Shown here: in pieces, positions 19,041 to 31,103 of the stretch | Position numbering within the stretch: position 1 is the stretch's first letter | Layout of the letters: each line of letters opens with the position of its first letter | IMG/VR virus record: IMGVR_UViG_3300011908_000001 | Coordinates: 8,376-72,375 of that record | Direction: 5' to 3' (one strand) | Origin: a virus | Taxonomy: Duplodnaviria; Caudoviricetes | DNA length: 64,000 bases | The notes under the pieces: model-generated | Told to the model about the DNA's origin: nothing | Database searches by the model: none | Seen by the model: the letters and a program-made list of their open reading frames with translations, nothing else | Translations under genes and position numbers: made by a program

Positions 19041-19768
19041 TGTCAGAGCAGAATCAAATAAACCATTCAAAGGGTAAAGCATTCAACACTAATCGAGTTT
19101 TAAAAGACGGTAGCGAAGTACGCTACGACTTGCCATTATACCGCCAGATTACAGAAGCAGCTAACTCAAGGCTTTTTTCAAAGGCTGTGCAATACCTCAT
19201 TGAAAGCAAACTTTATAAAGTGTTCTTACCTGTAGAAGTTAGAGAGGAATTTATAAACGATATTACAGAGTTGTATTACCGAAAGTTTGGGTACCTGTCA
19301 GTTATGGATGATGCTTTATCCCACGCCTTGGCAGAGTATTATTTACAGACAGATGTCAAGGTCATGCCAGATTATGAGGTAAGACTTCCTAACTGCAACT
19401 TCTTGGAATATCCTTTTGAAGGGGCTCGCATGAGACTACGAAACCACATGTCCCCCTACCGCTACGAGGTACCTGTTGATATGACCACTAGCGAAGAGTT
19501 ATTCACGAGCAAGCTATTCTCAGGGAGCCTTCCAGAGGACGAGATGCAACAAGTAAACGAGACTATGGACATTACACAGGCTTTCGAACTAGCCAATTTA
19601 ACAAAGCTGGAACAAGACATTGTGTGGCTTAACTCAGTGGTTGGCATGAGCCTTAGAGACATCTCTGACCTCAGTGATGAGTTCCCTAGAAAGTCCGCCA
19701 TTTCATACAAACTTAAAGCTGCTAAGAAAAAACTTAAAAAAGCAGTTTTAGAAAACAATTTAAAATAG
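19037..19768 (+). CDS. sigma-factor-like transcription regulator
   Basis: C-terminal region-4-like HTH: LTKLEQDIVWL...GMSLRDIS...AISYKLKAAKKKL. Confidence 0.6.
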   Translation: MMSEQNQINHSKGKAFNTNRVLKDGSEVRYDLPLYRQITEAANSRLFSKAVQYLIESKLYKVFLPVEVREEFINDITELYYRKFGYLSVMDDALSHALAEYYLQTDVKVMPDYEVRLPNCNFLEYPFEGARMRLRNHMSPYRYEVPVDMTTSEELFTSKLFSGSLPEDEMQQVNETMDITQAFELANLTKLEQDIVWLNSVVGMSLRDISDLSDEFPRKSAISYKLKAAKKKLKKAVLENNLK

Positions 19769-19840
19769 CCGTTAAATACCCTTGACAAGTTCAGGGGTTT
19801 TTTGGTATACTAAAGGAGTAATAAAGACAGGAGGAACAAT

Positions 19841-21970
19841 TATGAAATTAAACCTTGAGTGGTTATGGATAGCATGGAAACAAGTTAATACCGGAGAGGA
19901 CTTTGCTACATGGGTTATTCAAAACCACCGAGTAAATGAGCAAGTATTCCTCAAGTCAAAGAAGCCAGAAGCCACTGAATATTCCTTGCCAAAAGATATT
20001 AAGGCAAAGGTTGAGGTAGATAATTATAGATATGACAATACAGAAGAGTATTTAGGAGGTGACTGATTGTGGTACGTAAATATATTTTTAAGTATGGAAT
20101 GCCAGATGGTTCTACAGGGTGCGAAGAGGTCAATGTAACCATGGATATGCTAGATACTATGTTAATTAAATATACTGACTGTTACGAAAGAGGCATCATA
20201 ACATGGTGGGATTATGAGGAGATGGTAACGTAATGTACAAGTTTAAAGAGGGAGAAATATATAAATGTGTAAGATCACTTGACGAGTATGTTTTCAAGGT
20301 TGACAAGCATTACCCAGTACGTATCAATAGTAGTAACAAACCTTGCTTATACAGTGAAGATGAGGATAGTTTTACAGATTTCTGTTTAAACCGTTTTACA
20401 GACTACTGGTTCAAGTTCGAGAAGGTAGAAAAAGGCTATGGGGAGGGTAAAAAGATGATAAACTTTACAGATGAAGAGTTACTTGTGTTGATTGCACTAT
20501 TAGGGGCACAAGATAATACTAGTATCAATGAGGCTATTGATAACCTTGATGACGAGTTCTTCTACTCTAAAGGAGTCTTCTTTATAAAGCCATTTATGAA
20601 TGGTATGAAAACGCCTGCTGACAATGTATATAATAGGTTACTTCATGAGTCAAACAAACGAGGCATATTAAAATGGGAAGAAGATGAGTGGCTTTAAACT
20701 TTATCATATAAAGGGGCTTGCACAAAAACCTTTTCTATGGTATCATATACACATAATGATTAGGGAGGAAATGAAATGGCAAAATTTAATATAGGCGATA
20801 AGGTACGTTGTAACGATTCCCACTATAACAATGATTCAGAAGTCTACTCTTTTGATGCACCATCAAACGTAATGGAAGTAGTAGATATGGAAGTAGCAGA
20901 TTATTGCAAAAGATTAGTATACTGCTTATGGGAAGGGGAAAAATGGGGCTACTGGGAAGATGAGTTAGAGCTGGTTGAGGGGGTTCTTAAATTCAAAGAG
21001 GGGGATATCCTAGTCGAGAAGGGTGGCAAGGGAGTTCGAAAGGTACTATCGACTAGCTTACCGGAATTAGAGTACCGCTTAGAGCGTTTAGTTTCTCCTA
21101 ACGGTGAGATTGCATCAGGTGAAATTAGCCTTGACAAAATATACGTGGAGGAGGCTTACAAACTAGCTGACAAGCCTTGGCACGTGGACTCTGCAGAAGA
21201 GTTTAAAAAAGGAGACTATTTAATCTCCACTTCTGATGCTAAGGGGCTAACTGTTGGAAAGACTTACATGGTAGTCAATACTTATGGAGGATTTGTTAGG
21301 GTTACTAATGACAGTGGTATTTTAGATGGGTACCGAACGAGTTGTTTCGAAAAAATCAGGTTTGTAAAAGTACAATCCACAGGTATTCCTACACCTAAGC
21401 CTTCGGTTATGGACTTCACTCCGAAACAGCTAGAGCGTATTGCATCCTTAAGGGTAGACATTGAGAAATGTGAGGAATTAGTTAAGCAGAAACGAGATGA
21501 ATTAGATCAGCTATTAGAGTTAGGAGGTAAAGCATGTATATTGTAACCTTTAAGTGGGGTTCTACTGGAAAAGAGTACGTACTTGGTGCATATGATTCGA
21601 AAGCTAGGGCAAGGGCTTCTGCGGAAGCCTCTGCTAGATTCAAGAGAAACGCCCTCTATAAAATAGTTAAATACTTCCCAACAGTAAGCCACCTCGAAGA
21701 CCCTTGGGAGAAGTATAGTGAAGAGACTGGTGGTTTGGAGGTTATAAAGTGAAACTATTTAAAAGTATTGTTGAAGGCATGTTAATTACTATGATGGTGA
21801 TCGGAGTAATCGGGTTAAATATAGTTATTGGATATGGTGTGTTTGAGTCTATCTACCTAACAACTGTTCCACACTATGGGCTAGCTATTTTTCTAGGCTC
21901 AATAATCTTTACACTTGATTTGTTTATACTTTGGGCATTCCTTGATATACAGGATATTAATAAACGTTAA
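19841..21970 (+). CDS. cluster of hypothetical proteins (19841-20066, 20233-20697, 20776-21546, 21534-21752, 21749-21970)
   Basis: ORFs with RBS; the last is two-TM; promoters at 19782 and 20718. Confidence 0.65.
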
Positions 21971-22009
21971 TTATCACACTATGTGCAGAGGTTTTAAAGC
22001 AGAAAGGAT

Positions 22010-22762
22010 TTGATTATGATTTTAACTTTGGCAGGTGTTATCGGTGTGGGCAAGTCTTCTATGACAGCCCTTTTAGCAGAGGTATTAGATACAAAGGCGG
22101 TGTACGAGCCTATTGAGAACAACGAGTTACTAGAGCTTTTCTATCAGGACAAGGAGAAGTATGGATTCGTCTTTCAAATAGACATGTTAAGTCGCCGTTT
22201 CGAACTTATTCAAGAGGCTATGAGTGTTAAGCATGGTATCTTAGACCGTTCCATTTACGAGGATGCAATCTTCCTTGACCAACTCTATGATGAAGGTGCT
22301 GTCTCCAAGGTAGAGAAAGAGGCGTACCACCGCCTTGCTTCACGTATGCTTAAAGAGTTAGAACCACTTCCTAAGAAGTCTCCTGATATGATGATAGTTT
22401 TAAACTGCTCATTTGAGGAAGAGATTAAGCGTATCAACGCACGTGCCAGAGAATTTGAAAAGGTGGAAGAAGGCACAGAGCTTTATGAATACTTTAGAAA
22501 CCACCATGAAAACTACCAGAGATGGATTCAGAAAGATTTAGGGTTCCCTAAGCTGGTGCTTGATGTTACTCATATGGACTTTGTCAATAATGTTGACCAC
22601 GCTGACGAGCTACTGTCAATCATCTTAAAAGCTCTAATAGACAACGATGTTTTAACTGAGGAAGAGGCTGTAGATGCCGCTGTAAGACATGTTACAAAAA
22701 CTTCAATAGACATGTCTGACTGCGATTTCGTGATTACTCAAGGGACTGTTAAGGAGGATTAA
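22010..22762 (+). CDS. deoxynucleoside kinase (dNK family)
   Basis: AGVIGVGKSS, YEP, FQIDML..R, DRSIYED, R.R.FE. Confidence 0.9.
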   Translation: MIMILTLAGVIGVGKSSMTALLAEVLDTKAVYEPIENNELLELFYQDKEKYGFVFQIDMLSRRFELIQEAMSVKHGILDRSIYEDAIFLDQLYDEGAVSKVEKEAYHRLASRMLKELEPLPKKSPDMMIVLNCSFEEEIKRINARAREFEKVEEGTELYEYFRNHHENYQRWIQKDLGFPKLVLDVTHMDFVNNVDHADELLSIILKALIDNDVLTEEEAVDAAVRHVTKTSIDMSDCDFVITQGTVKED

Positions 22763-22765
22763 TCA

Positions 22766-24078
22766 ATGAGAAAGAAATTGGTAATTAAAAGATGCTCTGA
22801 GTACTCATCAGAAGTCATCGAAATGTATACGACACCTCGTGATACACTCCATGTGGAAGTACTTATTGAGGATTACAATGTGGATGGAGGTTTACCCGAA
22901 GAGATTATATACCAAGGTTTCATGGATGATTACTTCGAACTAGACAAAGAGACTGCTAAAGAGTTAGTTAGTGCACTGCAAGAATATTTAGGGGGGGCAT
23001 AACGCATGTGGCAATTTAAAGTAGGAGACCAAATAGTTACTCGATACACCACTGATAATAACTTTACCTACCATGTTGTAGGTCTTGACAAGTCTGAAAA
23101 GATCGGTGCTAATTTCTATGTCATTAAGAACGATGTATCCGGTATTGAACTACGCTGTCCGAGAGACAATATTAACAGCACCTGTAAAATATTGGGGGAG
23201 GGATAAACATGATGGACGATTTAGCAACTTTTGTTATGTATATTTTATTGTACCTTGGTGTAAATATATTTCTATTCGGTTTAGGGTTTCTTATAATCTA
23301 TTTAATATATACTCTTAATGCAGAGGCAGTTAATGTACTGGGAAATTTCTTTAAATAAAGGAGGAAAAGGAATGATTACGATCGAATATCCCCACTATCC
23401 GAAGTTAAAAGATATCGCACACCTTTTAAGTATTAATGATGATTTCGATGTATCTTTAGACGATGTAGAGGTGGGAACTTTTAAACACAAAGCCCTAATA
23501 GATAACCACGGGGAAGCTTATGTAACTTATATTAGCTATGGTGTTGATGATTATGGCGATTATAGTTTCATGGTAATTGATTTAGTAAGTGATAAAAAAC
23601 TACTTTATAAGGGGGGGAAATTTAAATGAGTAAAAAGTCTAAGCCTGTTGGAGAGTTTCCTAAACTTGCGGATATCAAAGCGATCTTAAATCCTTATGAC
23701 GTCTTTGAGGTTACCGTTGATTGCGTTCTGGAAGTTGATTACCAAGACTTAATTGAGTTGGATGAACTTGTTGAGCGCTTCGGGGGATGCTATGTGCAGG
23801 AGATTTCGTATGACATCTTAGCGAGTGACTATGGCTTTGTTACGCTTGAGTTACACACCAGTTACCCGCCAGCGAAAGGGGATGATTAAATGTCAGAGTT
23901 ATTATTAGTCCTTTTATCTGGCTTTTTGCTAGCTGTGCTAGTGTTCATGCTTGGGGGAGTAATAATCTTCTTCAAACTTTTGGTAGGGCTGTTAGGTTGG
24001 TGGGTAATGTGGCTTCCTGCGGCGGGGTTAATCTTTGTGGTCACCATATTTATCTACTTATGGAAGGAGTCTCATTAG
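22766..24078 (+). CDS. cluster of small hypothetical proteins
   Basis: 22766-23002, 23006-23206, 23318-23629, 23626-23889, 23890-24078 (membrane). Confidence 0.6.
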
Positions 24079-24516
24079 ATGAAGGAACCTATTTTTAGAG
24101 TATATGTCAACAAGGTTGGTTACCTAGCTCCTCCACAGTTCGTTATCACACCTCGTGGAGAGGTTTTAATGGAGAATGAAGGGGTTTGGATACACCCTCC
24201 ACAAGACTTGCTCTATGTGCTTGAGAGACGACTTAATGAAACATCAGTGAACGGCGCTGAAATTATTTTTGAAGGCGACTTGGTTCAGCTCGTACCAGAG
24301 GCTTTCGATAGTGTTGATCCAGTATTTGGGTATGCTGGAATCAGAGATGGTCAAGAAGGTGTGGTACTAGAAGGTGATTTAGACTTTATTCCCCTGCATG
24401 GAGGAGGTTTCCACCGCCACTTGCAGAAGCTTGGCAACAACACTACGTGGGGAGAGCCTTATGATTTAGAAAAGATTATTACAGAGTATTTTGACAGGCT
24501 GGAGGAAAAGGAATGA
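24079..24516 (+). CDS. YopX-like protein
   Basis: IFRVY...IIFEGDLV pattern. Confidence 0.5.
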   Translation: MKEPIFRVYVNKVGYLAPPQFVITPRGEVLMENEGVWIHPPQDLLYVLERRLNETSVNGAEIIFEGDLVQLVPEAFDSVDPVFGYAGIRDGQEGVVLEGDLDFIPLHGGGFHRHLQKLGNNTTWGEPYDLEKIITEYFDRLEEKE

Positions 24517-25028
24517 CAGAGGAATTATGGAAAGTTGTGGAAGGTTTTCCCGATTACAGCGTAAGCAACCTCGGGAGAGTCATATCACGGCGGACTAGTA
24601 AAGAGAAGTTTATTGGTTCTCACGTTGATAAGAAATCAGGTTACAGTATTATAAACCTTAGAAATGATGATTTGGAAGGTGATTATAGAACTTCTGTGCA
24701 CAGGGAGGTTGCTAGGGCTTTTGTGGAAGACCCTGACCCTACTAATGGTAAGAGAATTGTCAACCACATTTCAGGAGACCCCACAGACAATCGTGCGGTT
24801 AACTTGGAATGGTGTACTTACAGTGAGAATTTAACTCACCCTAACTGCCACCGCAAACGCTCTAAAGAGGTTGTTAGAATAGATGTTCAAAATGGTTCTA
24901 TAAAGATATTTCTGAACGCCTCAGTAGCCGCTAGAAGTGTTGGCGGGAGGGCTTCTACAATTTGGCAGAAGTGTAATAAAGTTCATAACAAGTTAGAATA
25001 TTTAGGTTATTTTTGGGAGTGGGCTTAA
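24513..25028 (+). CDS. free-standing NUMOD4-HNH endonuclease
   Basis: WKVVEGFPDYSVSNLGRV, VHREVARAF, VNHISGDPTDNRAVNLEW. Confidence 0.9.
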   Translation: MTEELWKVVEGFPDYSVSNLGRVISRRTSKEKFIGSHVDKKSGYSIINLRNDDLEGDYRTSVHREVARAFVEDPDPTNGKRIVNHISGDPTDNRAVNLEWCTYSENLTHPNCHRKRSKEVVRIDVQNGSIKIFLNASVAARSVGGRASTIWQKCNKVHNKLEYLGYFWEWA

Positions 25029-25140
25029 AACCTACTCTCTTTTTGCGTTTGATAATCTTTTTTTTCAACTTTCAAATTTTGAAAAATTTTGTCTAGCTCT
25101 TAACTTTTAAAAAGATTTTTTCAGGTTTGGATAAAACATC

Positions 25141-25206
25141 AATAAAAAATGAGAAAATTTTTTCTAACTCTCATAATTATTTAATAAAAAATGAGAAAAT
25201 TTTTTC
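25141..25206 (+). repeat. 24-bp direct repeat, period 42
   Basis: AATAAAAAATGAGAAAATTTTTTC at 25141 and 25183. Confidence 0.9.
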
Positions 25207-26055
25207 CTATATAGCACCTTTCCGCCGTTTTACGTGTCTCTCACGAGCATTCTAAGCACGTTTCAAATAGCCAAACAGGCAATCACCCATCCAAAATCCT
25301 CACACAGCCTCTTAAAATCCTCTAAAATGTTACGACCACACTAACAAAACGCCGTTTCAATAGTTTAATCGTAACATCCTTACAAAAAGCTTTATTCGAT
25401 CGTTTGTAAAAGTCATTCAATCACTAACCAAAAAGCATATGAGCAACCATATAATAGCTTATGAAATGTGGTACATGAACAGCTTATACTAAATACATAC
25501 CCCACCAAGATTTTTATAAATCTTTACATAAAACGTTAAAAAAGCACTCCCCAGAATTTTACACAAACACTCCCCCAGATTTTTTCAAGGCACTACATAA
25601 AACGTGGCGTGTAGGCGTGTGTGTACCCCGGGATTTTTTTGATTTTTACACTTAAAACATCATGAAAAACACTTACTTGAAAAGCCTCAAAATAACACAA
25701 ATTTAACGAAAATTGAAGGCTTTTTAGCAAGACTTTTAACCATTTTAAATAACACCATTACGAAAGATTACACGATTGTCACTAAAAATACTATTTTGCA
25801 CACTGTAAAAAGTCTTGAAAACCTTGCTATCAAAGGATCTATACCTTATTTTGGCGGGTGTTCCGAAAAGTTTCCTACTATTAAAGCAATAAAAAGAACG
25901 ACGTTAAAAACTTTTTAAAAGAATTTAATTAAAATGGTTGTAATGTGTTTCATAACATGGTAAGATATAAACAAGTTAAGAGAACAACATGAAAACATTT
26001 AATCGGACGAACTCGAAAGAGTATAAAAGAATTTAAATTAAGGAGGTGAAAAGTC

Positions 26056-26142
26056 TTGGAAAACTTTATAATATTAGTTATGATAGTTGTAACATCGGTA
26101 GCGGCTGTTAAATGGTCACTTGGTGGCTATGAAGAAAAATAA
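26056..26142 (+). CDS. 28-aa hydrophobic peptide
   Basis: AGGAGGTG RBS, TTG start, MENFIILVMIVVTSVAAVKWSLGGYEEK; promoter 25938-25966. Confidence 0.65.
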   Translation: MENFIILVMIVVTSVAAVKWSLGGYEEK

Positions 26143-27681
26143 AAAAAGTTGTTCAAAAGTGTTGACAAAGAAATTCCAAAATGTTAAGATATAGACAAGT
26201 TAAAAAGGAGATGAAACAAGTGTTTGCAAATCGATCCCGCAAAGAACAACAAGAAAGAGACTTCTTTTCTAGGTGGTTCATTATTATAGGGGCGGTGGTA
26301 TTTATCGCCGTAGCTTGGTTTATGTAACATCTATTCGGACGAGCTTCAAACCAAAACTAAAAAATTAAAAGGGGTTTTAAAAATGAATGAAAAACAATTA
26401 ATCGAAAACATTTTGAACGTGGTAAGAAATGAAATGAAAGAATACGAACGAAAAGGCTTTTTGTACAATGCAATGAGCGACGTCAACTCTTGGAATGGTG
26501 CCTTTGAAGAAAGCTTTCCTTATGATATGGAATCCTTCAATGATTTCTTGTGTGGTTTAGAGCCTTTGGAAATAGTCAAACAGGTAAGTCCTTCAAAGTT
26601 TAATCCCAACAACGATTATTTTATAATGGGTATATACGGTATTGAAAGCATTACAGAAGAGGAGCTTGTCGAAAAACTTGACTACCTCGACGGGGATATT
26701 GTGGAAAGCTTTGTTGACGTGCTGGACTCGATTTCTTGGGAATGCTACACAACAGGTAAGGTCAGAAGCCTTATCGAAAGATTTTTAGAAAGCGAGGGCG
26801 AATAGTATGAAAAAACTTAACTACGAATTTTTAACAACTTTTGAAAATATTGCAGTAAACGACCTTTACAGCCACTATTGTAAATTAGTTAAAAATGGTT
26901 TGATTACAATCAAGGAAGCTGAATTTTGTTATGTTAAAAAACTCTTAAAAGAGTATCCAGAAAAAGCCTTCAATATTTACACTAATTGCCCTAACTTTTT
27001 AGAAAGTGGGGTAAAATAGAATGGACAAAAATACGACTCAATTTCTGCATAAGCAACTTACAAAGTCGTTTTATCCTTTGAACGATATTAAAAGGCTTCA
27101 GGTGTTGACCTTACAGGAACTAAACAATACCATTTCACGGCTTGAAAAGGGGGCTTCTGGTGACGAGATTGCGGACGGCTTGAGAGAGTTGTCCTCTAAT
27201 CTTGACCAAGTAGCCAGCAAATCTATTTCATTGGAACTTTTCTTAAGGTCAATGAAGCACCCTATTCAAGAATCACTTGGCGAAAGGGTGAATAGACATG
27301 ATTAATATAATTCTGTATTTACTTGCCTTTATAGGGCTCGCTACGGTATATTATGGACTATTTAAATTAGTGAATTATCTCATGGACACCGCAAACGATC
27401 TAAAATACAAATTTGAAAGAGAGCTTCAAAAACGGCACGAAAAAATAGCCGTCAAAAAGTTTATCAAAGAGGAAAAAGAAAAGGAAATTGAAAAAGCTAT
27501 CTTGCGAATGCACGCCGAAAAGTTAAGAGAAGAAAAAGCATTATCAGAGTTAGTCCAAAATATCGCGGACGATGATGGTGATGATGAGGATGGTGACAAC
27601 GATTTTGAAGTATTTTAAAAAAGTTGTTCAAAAGTGTTGACAAAGAAATTCCAAAATGTTAAGATATAGACAAGTTAAAAA
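26142..27681 (+). repeat. two identical 65-bp promoter cassettes (26142-26206, 27617-27681)
   Basis: Contain TTGACA-17-TAAGAT with TG extension. Confidence 0.92.
26220..26327 (+). CDS. 35-aa single-TM peptide
   Basis: AGGAG RBS, GTG start, MFANRSRKEQQERDFFSRWFIIIGAVVFIAVAWFM. Confidence 0.6.
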   Translation: MFANRSRKEQQERDFFSRWFIIIGAVVFIAVAWFM

Positions 27682-29835
27682 CACAACTAAAAAATAAAAA
27701 GGGGTTTTAAAAATGAATAAAAACAGCAACGAAAAAATCAGAGAACTACTAGTAACCAACAGAGGTTCTGAAGTGGAAGCTTTCACTACGGGCGGGCATA
27801 TTGTAATGGTACGACGTCAGGGAAATGATATCTATGGGAATCCCCTCTATAAGGTTATTCCAAAAAGCTTCATTTTCTTCCCTTTGGAATGTGCTTATAA
27901 AAATTTCCACAACAAAGAATACTATCTTATCCAATCATATAACCTTGAGAATGATATCATCGAGCTTCTGGACGAGGTAGATAGCAAAAAACCCGTTCCG
28001 GAAAGTTGGGTAAAAGATGCTAGTTACTACACCGAAAAAGGTTATATATTGAAACATGTTATTATGGTCAACAATCTTTGAGGAAGCAGGATAAAAAGCT
28101 TGCTTTCTCTTTCTAAAAATGGTAAAGTAAAGAAGTAGAAAAACAAAAATTAAAAGGGGTTTTAAAAATGAATAAAAAAATGCTTATTGAAGTTTATAAC
28201 ACCTATCATAAGGAAACAGAGTTTTTTGTAGGTTCTATGGAAGAAGCAAAAAAAGAAAAAGAAAATATGCTTTCTATTAAGGCGTGGGAACTCGCAGAAA
28301 ATGAGTTAGAGGAGGATTGGGAACTTTACTATAAAAGCTATAAAGAAGCTTTACAGGCTACTTATAAGGATATATTTTACACATTATGTAGTGAATTAGA
28401 ATATTCAATTGTTAAATAAAAAAATAAAAAGGGGTTTTAAAAATGAATATGCCAATTAAAAAATTATCATTAAATGATATTGAAGGACTACTTTTAAAAG
28501 GTCACACAATCTACACCACTCAAGAACTTACAGAAATAGGCGTTGCAAAGATTTATAGTGTGCCAGTCGGAAACGTTACTTATCTAGGATACTATGACGG
28601 TAAAGACTTTTTCCAAGACGGTTATGAACTTGAAAAAGGCGACATGGTTTACAGTGTTAACCCGTTCGGAAAACTTAAAGGAGGTAATTCTAATGCTTAA
28701 TATTCTAATGTTATTATCAGTTACAAAAGTTTTATTCATTATCTTTGTTGTCTTATCAGTGGTGGCGGTTGTGGGAATCTATGCAATGAGTAACGTCGCT
28801 TTAAAAAGTAAAATTAAAGAGTTTGAACGCTTTGGAGGTGGCTTCTGATGAAAGTATCAACTAAAGAATCTCGCATAAAAGACTTATGGAACACTTACAA
28901 AATCCAACCTGAAAAGGTTCGCAACGAGCTTTCTTTCATTGAGTGGGTTACTATCGATAGTGATTGGCTAGTGGCAGAACGTGAGCGCCTTGCAATCATG
29001 AAGGGGGCTTGTTAAGATGGGGAAGTCAGCGTATGAAGTTATTATGAAACAGATTAAAATGGAACAATTAGAGCTTCATGCACGACGTAAAAATGGTTGG
29101 GAACCTCGTGAGTTACGAGACTATTGTTCTGGCGTACTTAACTCGTTAAGGGGTATCTCAACGAGCTTTTACGAATCTAACTACTTCACTGAACACGAGT
29201 ATGAAAATATAGACAAAGCTTTGGACGAGCTGGAAAATGAATTTTAAAAAAGTTTAGGGGTTTGCACTTGCAAGCTCCTTTTTTATATGCTATAGTAAGG
29301 GTGTATTAAAAAACTAAACTAATTTAAAGGGGTTTTAAAAATGAATAAAAACAACCGTGCCAATCAACTTACTAAAAAGGCTCTTGTCCTTAAGCTTCTG
29401 GCAAGTCTACTAATAACCATCGCCCTATTTACTTCATGTGGGCAGGTGGAGGCAAGCGAGGCAGATAGCACCATCAAAGCCACAAACAACGTTTTCGCAA
29501 AGACTTACAGCGTTAAGCTCGACGGCAAAGACTTTATTCTAGCAATAGGCGAGGAAGATTTTTATAGCTTCATTCCTAAAGCAACCGCTAAAGAATTAAA
29601 AATCAAAGCTAACGGCATTTATGAAGTATACTACACCACTAGAGAATTAAGAGTGTTTGCAAGTGTTGACTACTCTTCTCATATATTTAAAAAGGATAAA
29701 AAAGTAAAGTCCTTAGAAAGTTTTGAGCTTAACTTCACAGAAGAAAACATTGAAGACATTATAAAAGCAGAGACTAACAACTCTTTCGCTTGGCTTCTTG
29801 GATTAAAGCCTTATGGAAAGATGGAAACAATATAG
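26383..29835 (+). CDS. early-type cluster of small hypothetical proteins; the last (29341-29835) is a probable lipoprotein
   Basis: About 11 short ORFs behind strong promoters; five share an identical start cassette; FTSC lipobox-like motif in the last. Confidence 0.7.
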
Positions 29836-29840
29836 GTATT

Positions 29841-29869
29841 AAGAGGGGCGTTTGATACGCCTCTTTTTT
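29841..29869 (+). terminator. intrinsic terminator
   Basis: AAGAGGGGCG/CGCCTCTT plus T-run. Confidence 0.8.
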
Positions 29870-31103
29870 GTGCATTCAAAAGGACTTACCAAGTGTGTTA
29901 GATATGAGTCGTAAGATGTGAGGCGTGGCAATGGTGGCAGTGGTGGCGTTGGTTAAATGTGTGGCGTGGCGTGCCTTCTTATCAAGTAAACAAGAGGCGT
30001 TCCCAACCCTTCACCATACCCTCACAAGAAGCCCCACAACAAGGGGCACAAGGCTTCCCACACGGTCACCATAAGGGGCGTTATACAACACTCATAACAA
30101 GAAGATACAACAGACTACACAAGAGGACTACACAAGAAGCACATTAAAAAGCCTTATATAAAAGATAATGGTGATAAAGCTTTGGAGAAGTCCTATCATA
30201 ATGGAATGGTAGTGGTGTAGGCTAGGCTTGTGACAGACCTCTATCCTACCTACTATATTAGATCATATCAAGAAGCCCTTACAGAGGACGAGAAGCCCCT
30301 TTAAAGTGATAGGGAAGTATCTTATAATAGTATTATAAAGGTGTGAGAGTGTGCCTTTTGTAATACTTAATAGCACCCCTTATTTAAAAGCCTCTTAACA
30401 TTCTTTGCGAATACATTTTTCAAAGGGGGTAAACTTTGGCAGGGGCTTTATAATGGTGGGGTATTGATTGGCGGGGGCAAAGTTGTGGGAGATAGCTTTC
30501 ATGTAGCCTTTTGATATTCTGAAAAGGTATTGTAGAATCTTAACACACCGTTCCAATCTATTCAGAAGGTATTCAAAATGATAGTGAACCATGGTCAAAG
30601 ATATGTAAAACACTATAGGGGGTGACGGCAGAGGCGCTGGCAATACTTCACACAAGATATCCCACTACCTTTTTAAAGGAAGCTGGACGGCTTTGTGTGT
30701 CTGCCTTGTTGATAAGCTACGACAAGAAGCCTATCATATCCACTTACTTATAGTCAGTTTACATAATGTGTATTATACAAAGTAGATTGATAACATTAAG
30801 AAGCCTTGCTACCTAGTTGTCACGGTGTCAACACACCACACACAAGCCAAGTAACAAGGCAATAACGAACGCTATTCAATGAAGCAGTAGGCACAGCCCT
30901 CACACACCGCCACACACCACCGTCACAGAGGCATGATGAAAGAGTCGAAGCATAACAGAACGAAGCCGGCGGTAAGGGTGGCTATAACTTATAAAAATCC
31001 TAGAAGCCCCCTGCACACCCAGCCTCCCACAAATTTCGGATTTTCCTAAAAGGGGTCTCGAATTTTATTTTTGGTATTTTTCCCTATTGGCTCAAAAAAG
31101 GAG

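Noticed and set aside
29959-30655. ORFs 29959-30147 and 30395-30655
   Set aside because: No RBS, low-complexity skewed DNA, atypical composition.
30768-30815. Resolvase res-like site (ACATAATGTGTATTATAC; CCTTGCTA also near 25822)
   Set aside because: Short AT-rich motifs and no recombinase gene in the window; not distinguishable from chance.
25030-31100. CRISPR-like or regularly spaced repeat array
   Set aside because: Repeats are promoter/RBS cassettes or pairs with irregular spacing; no cas-like gene adjacent.
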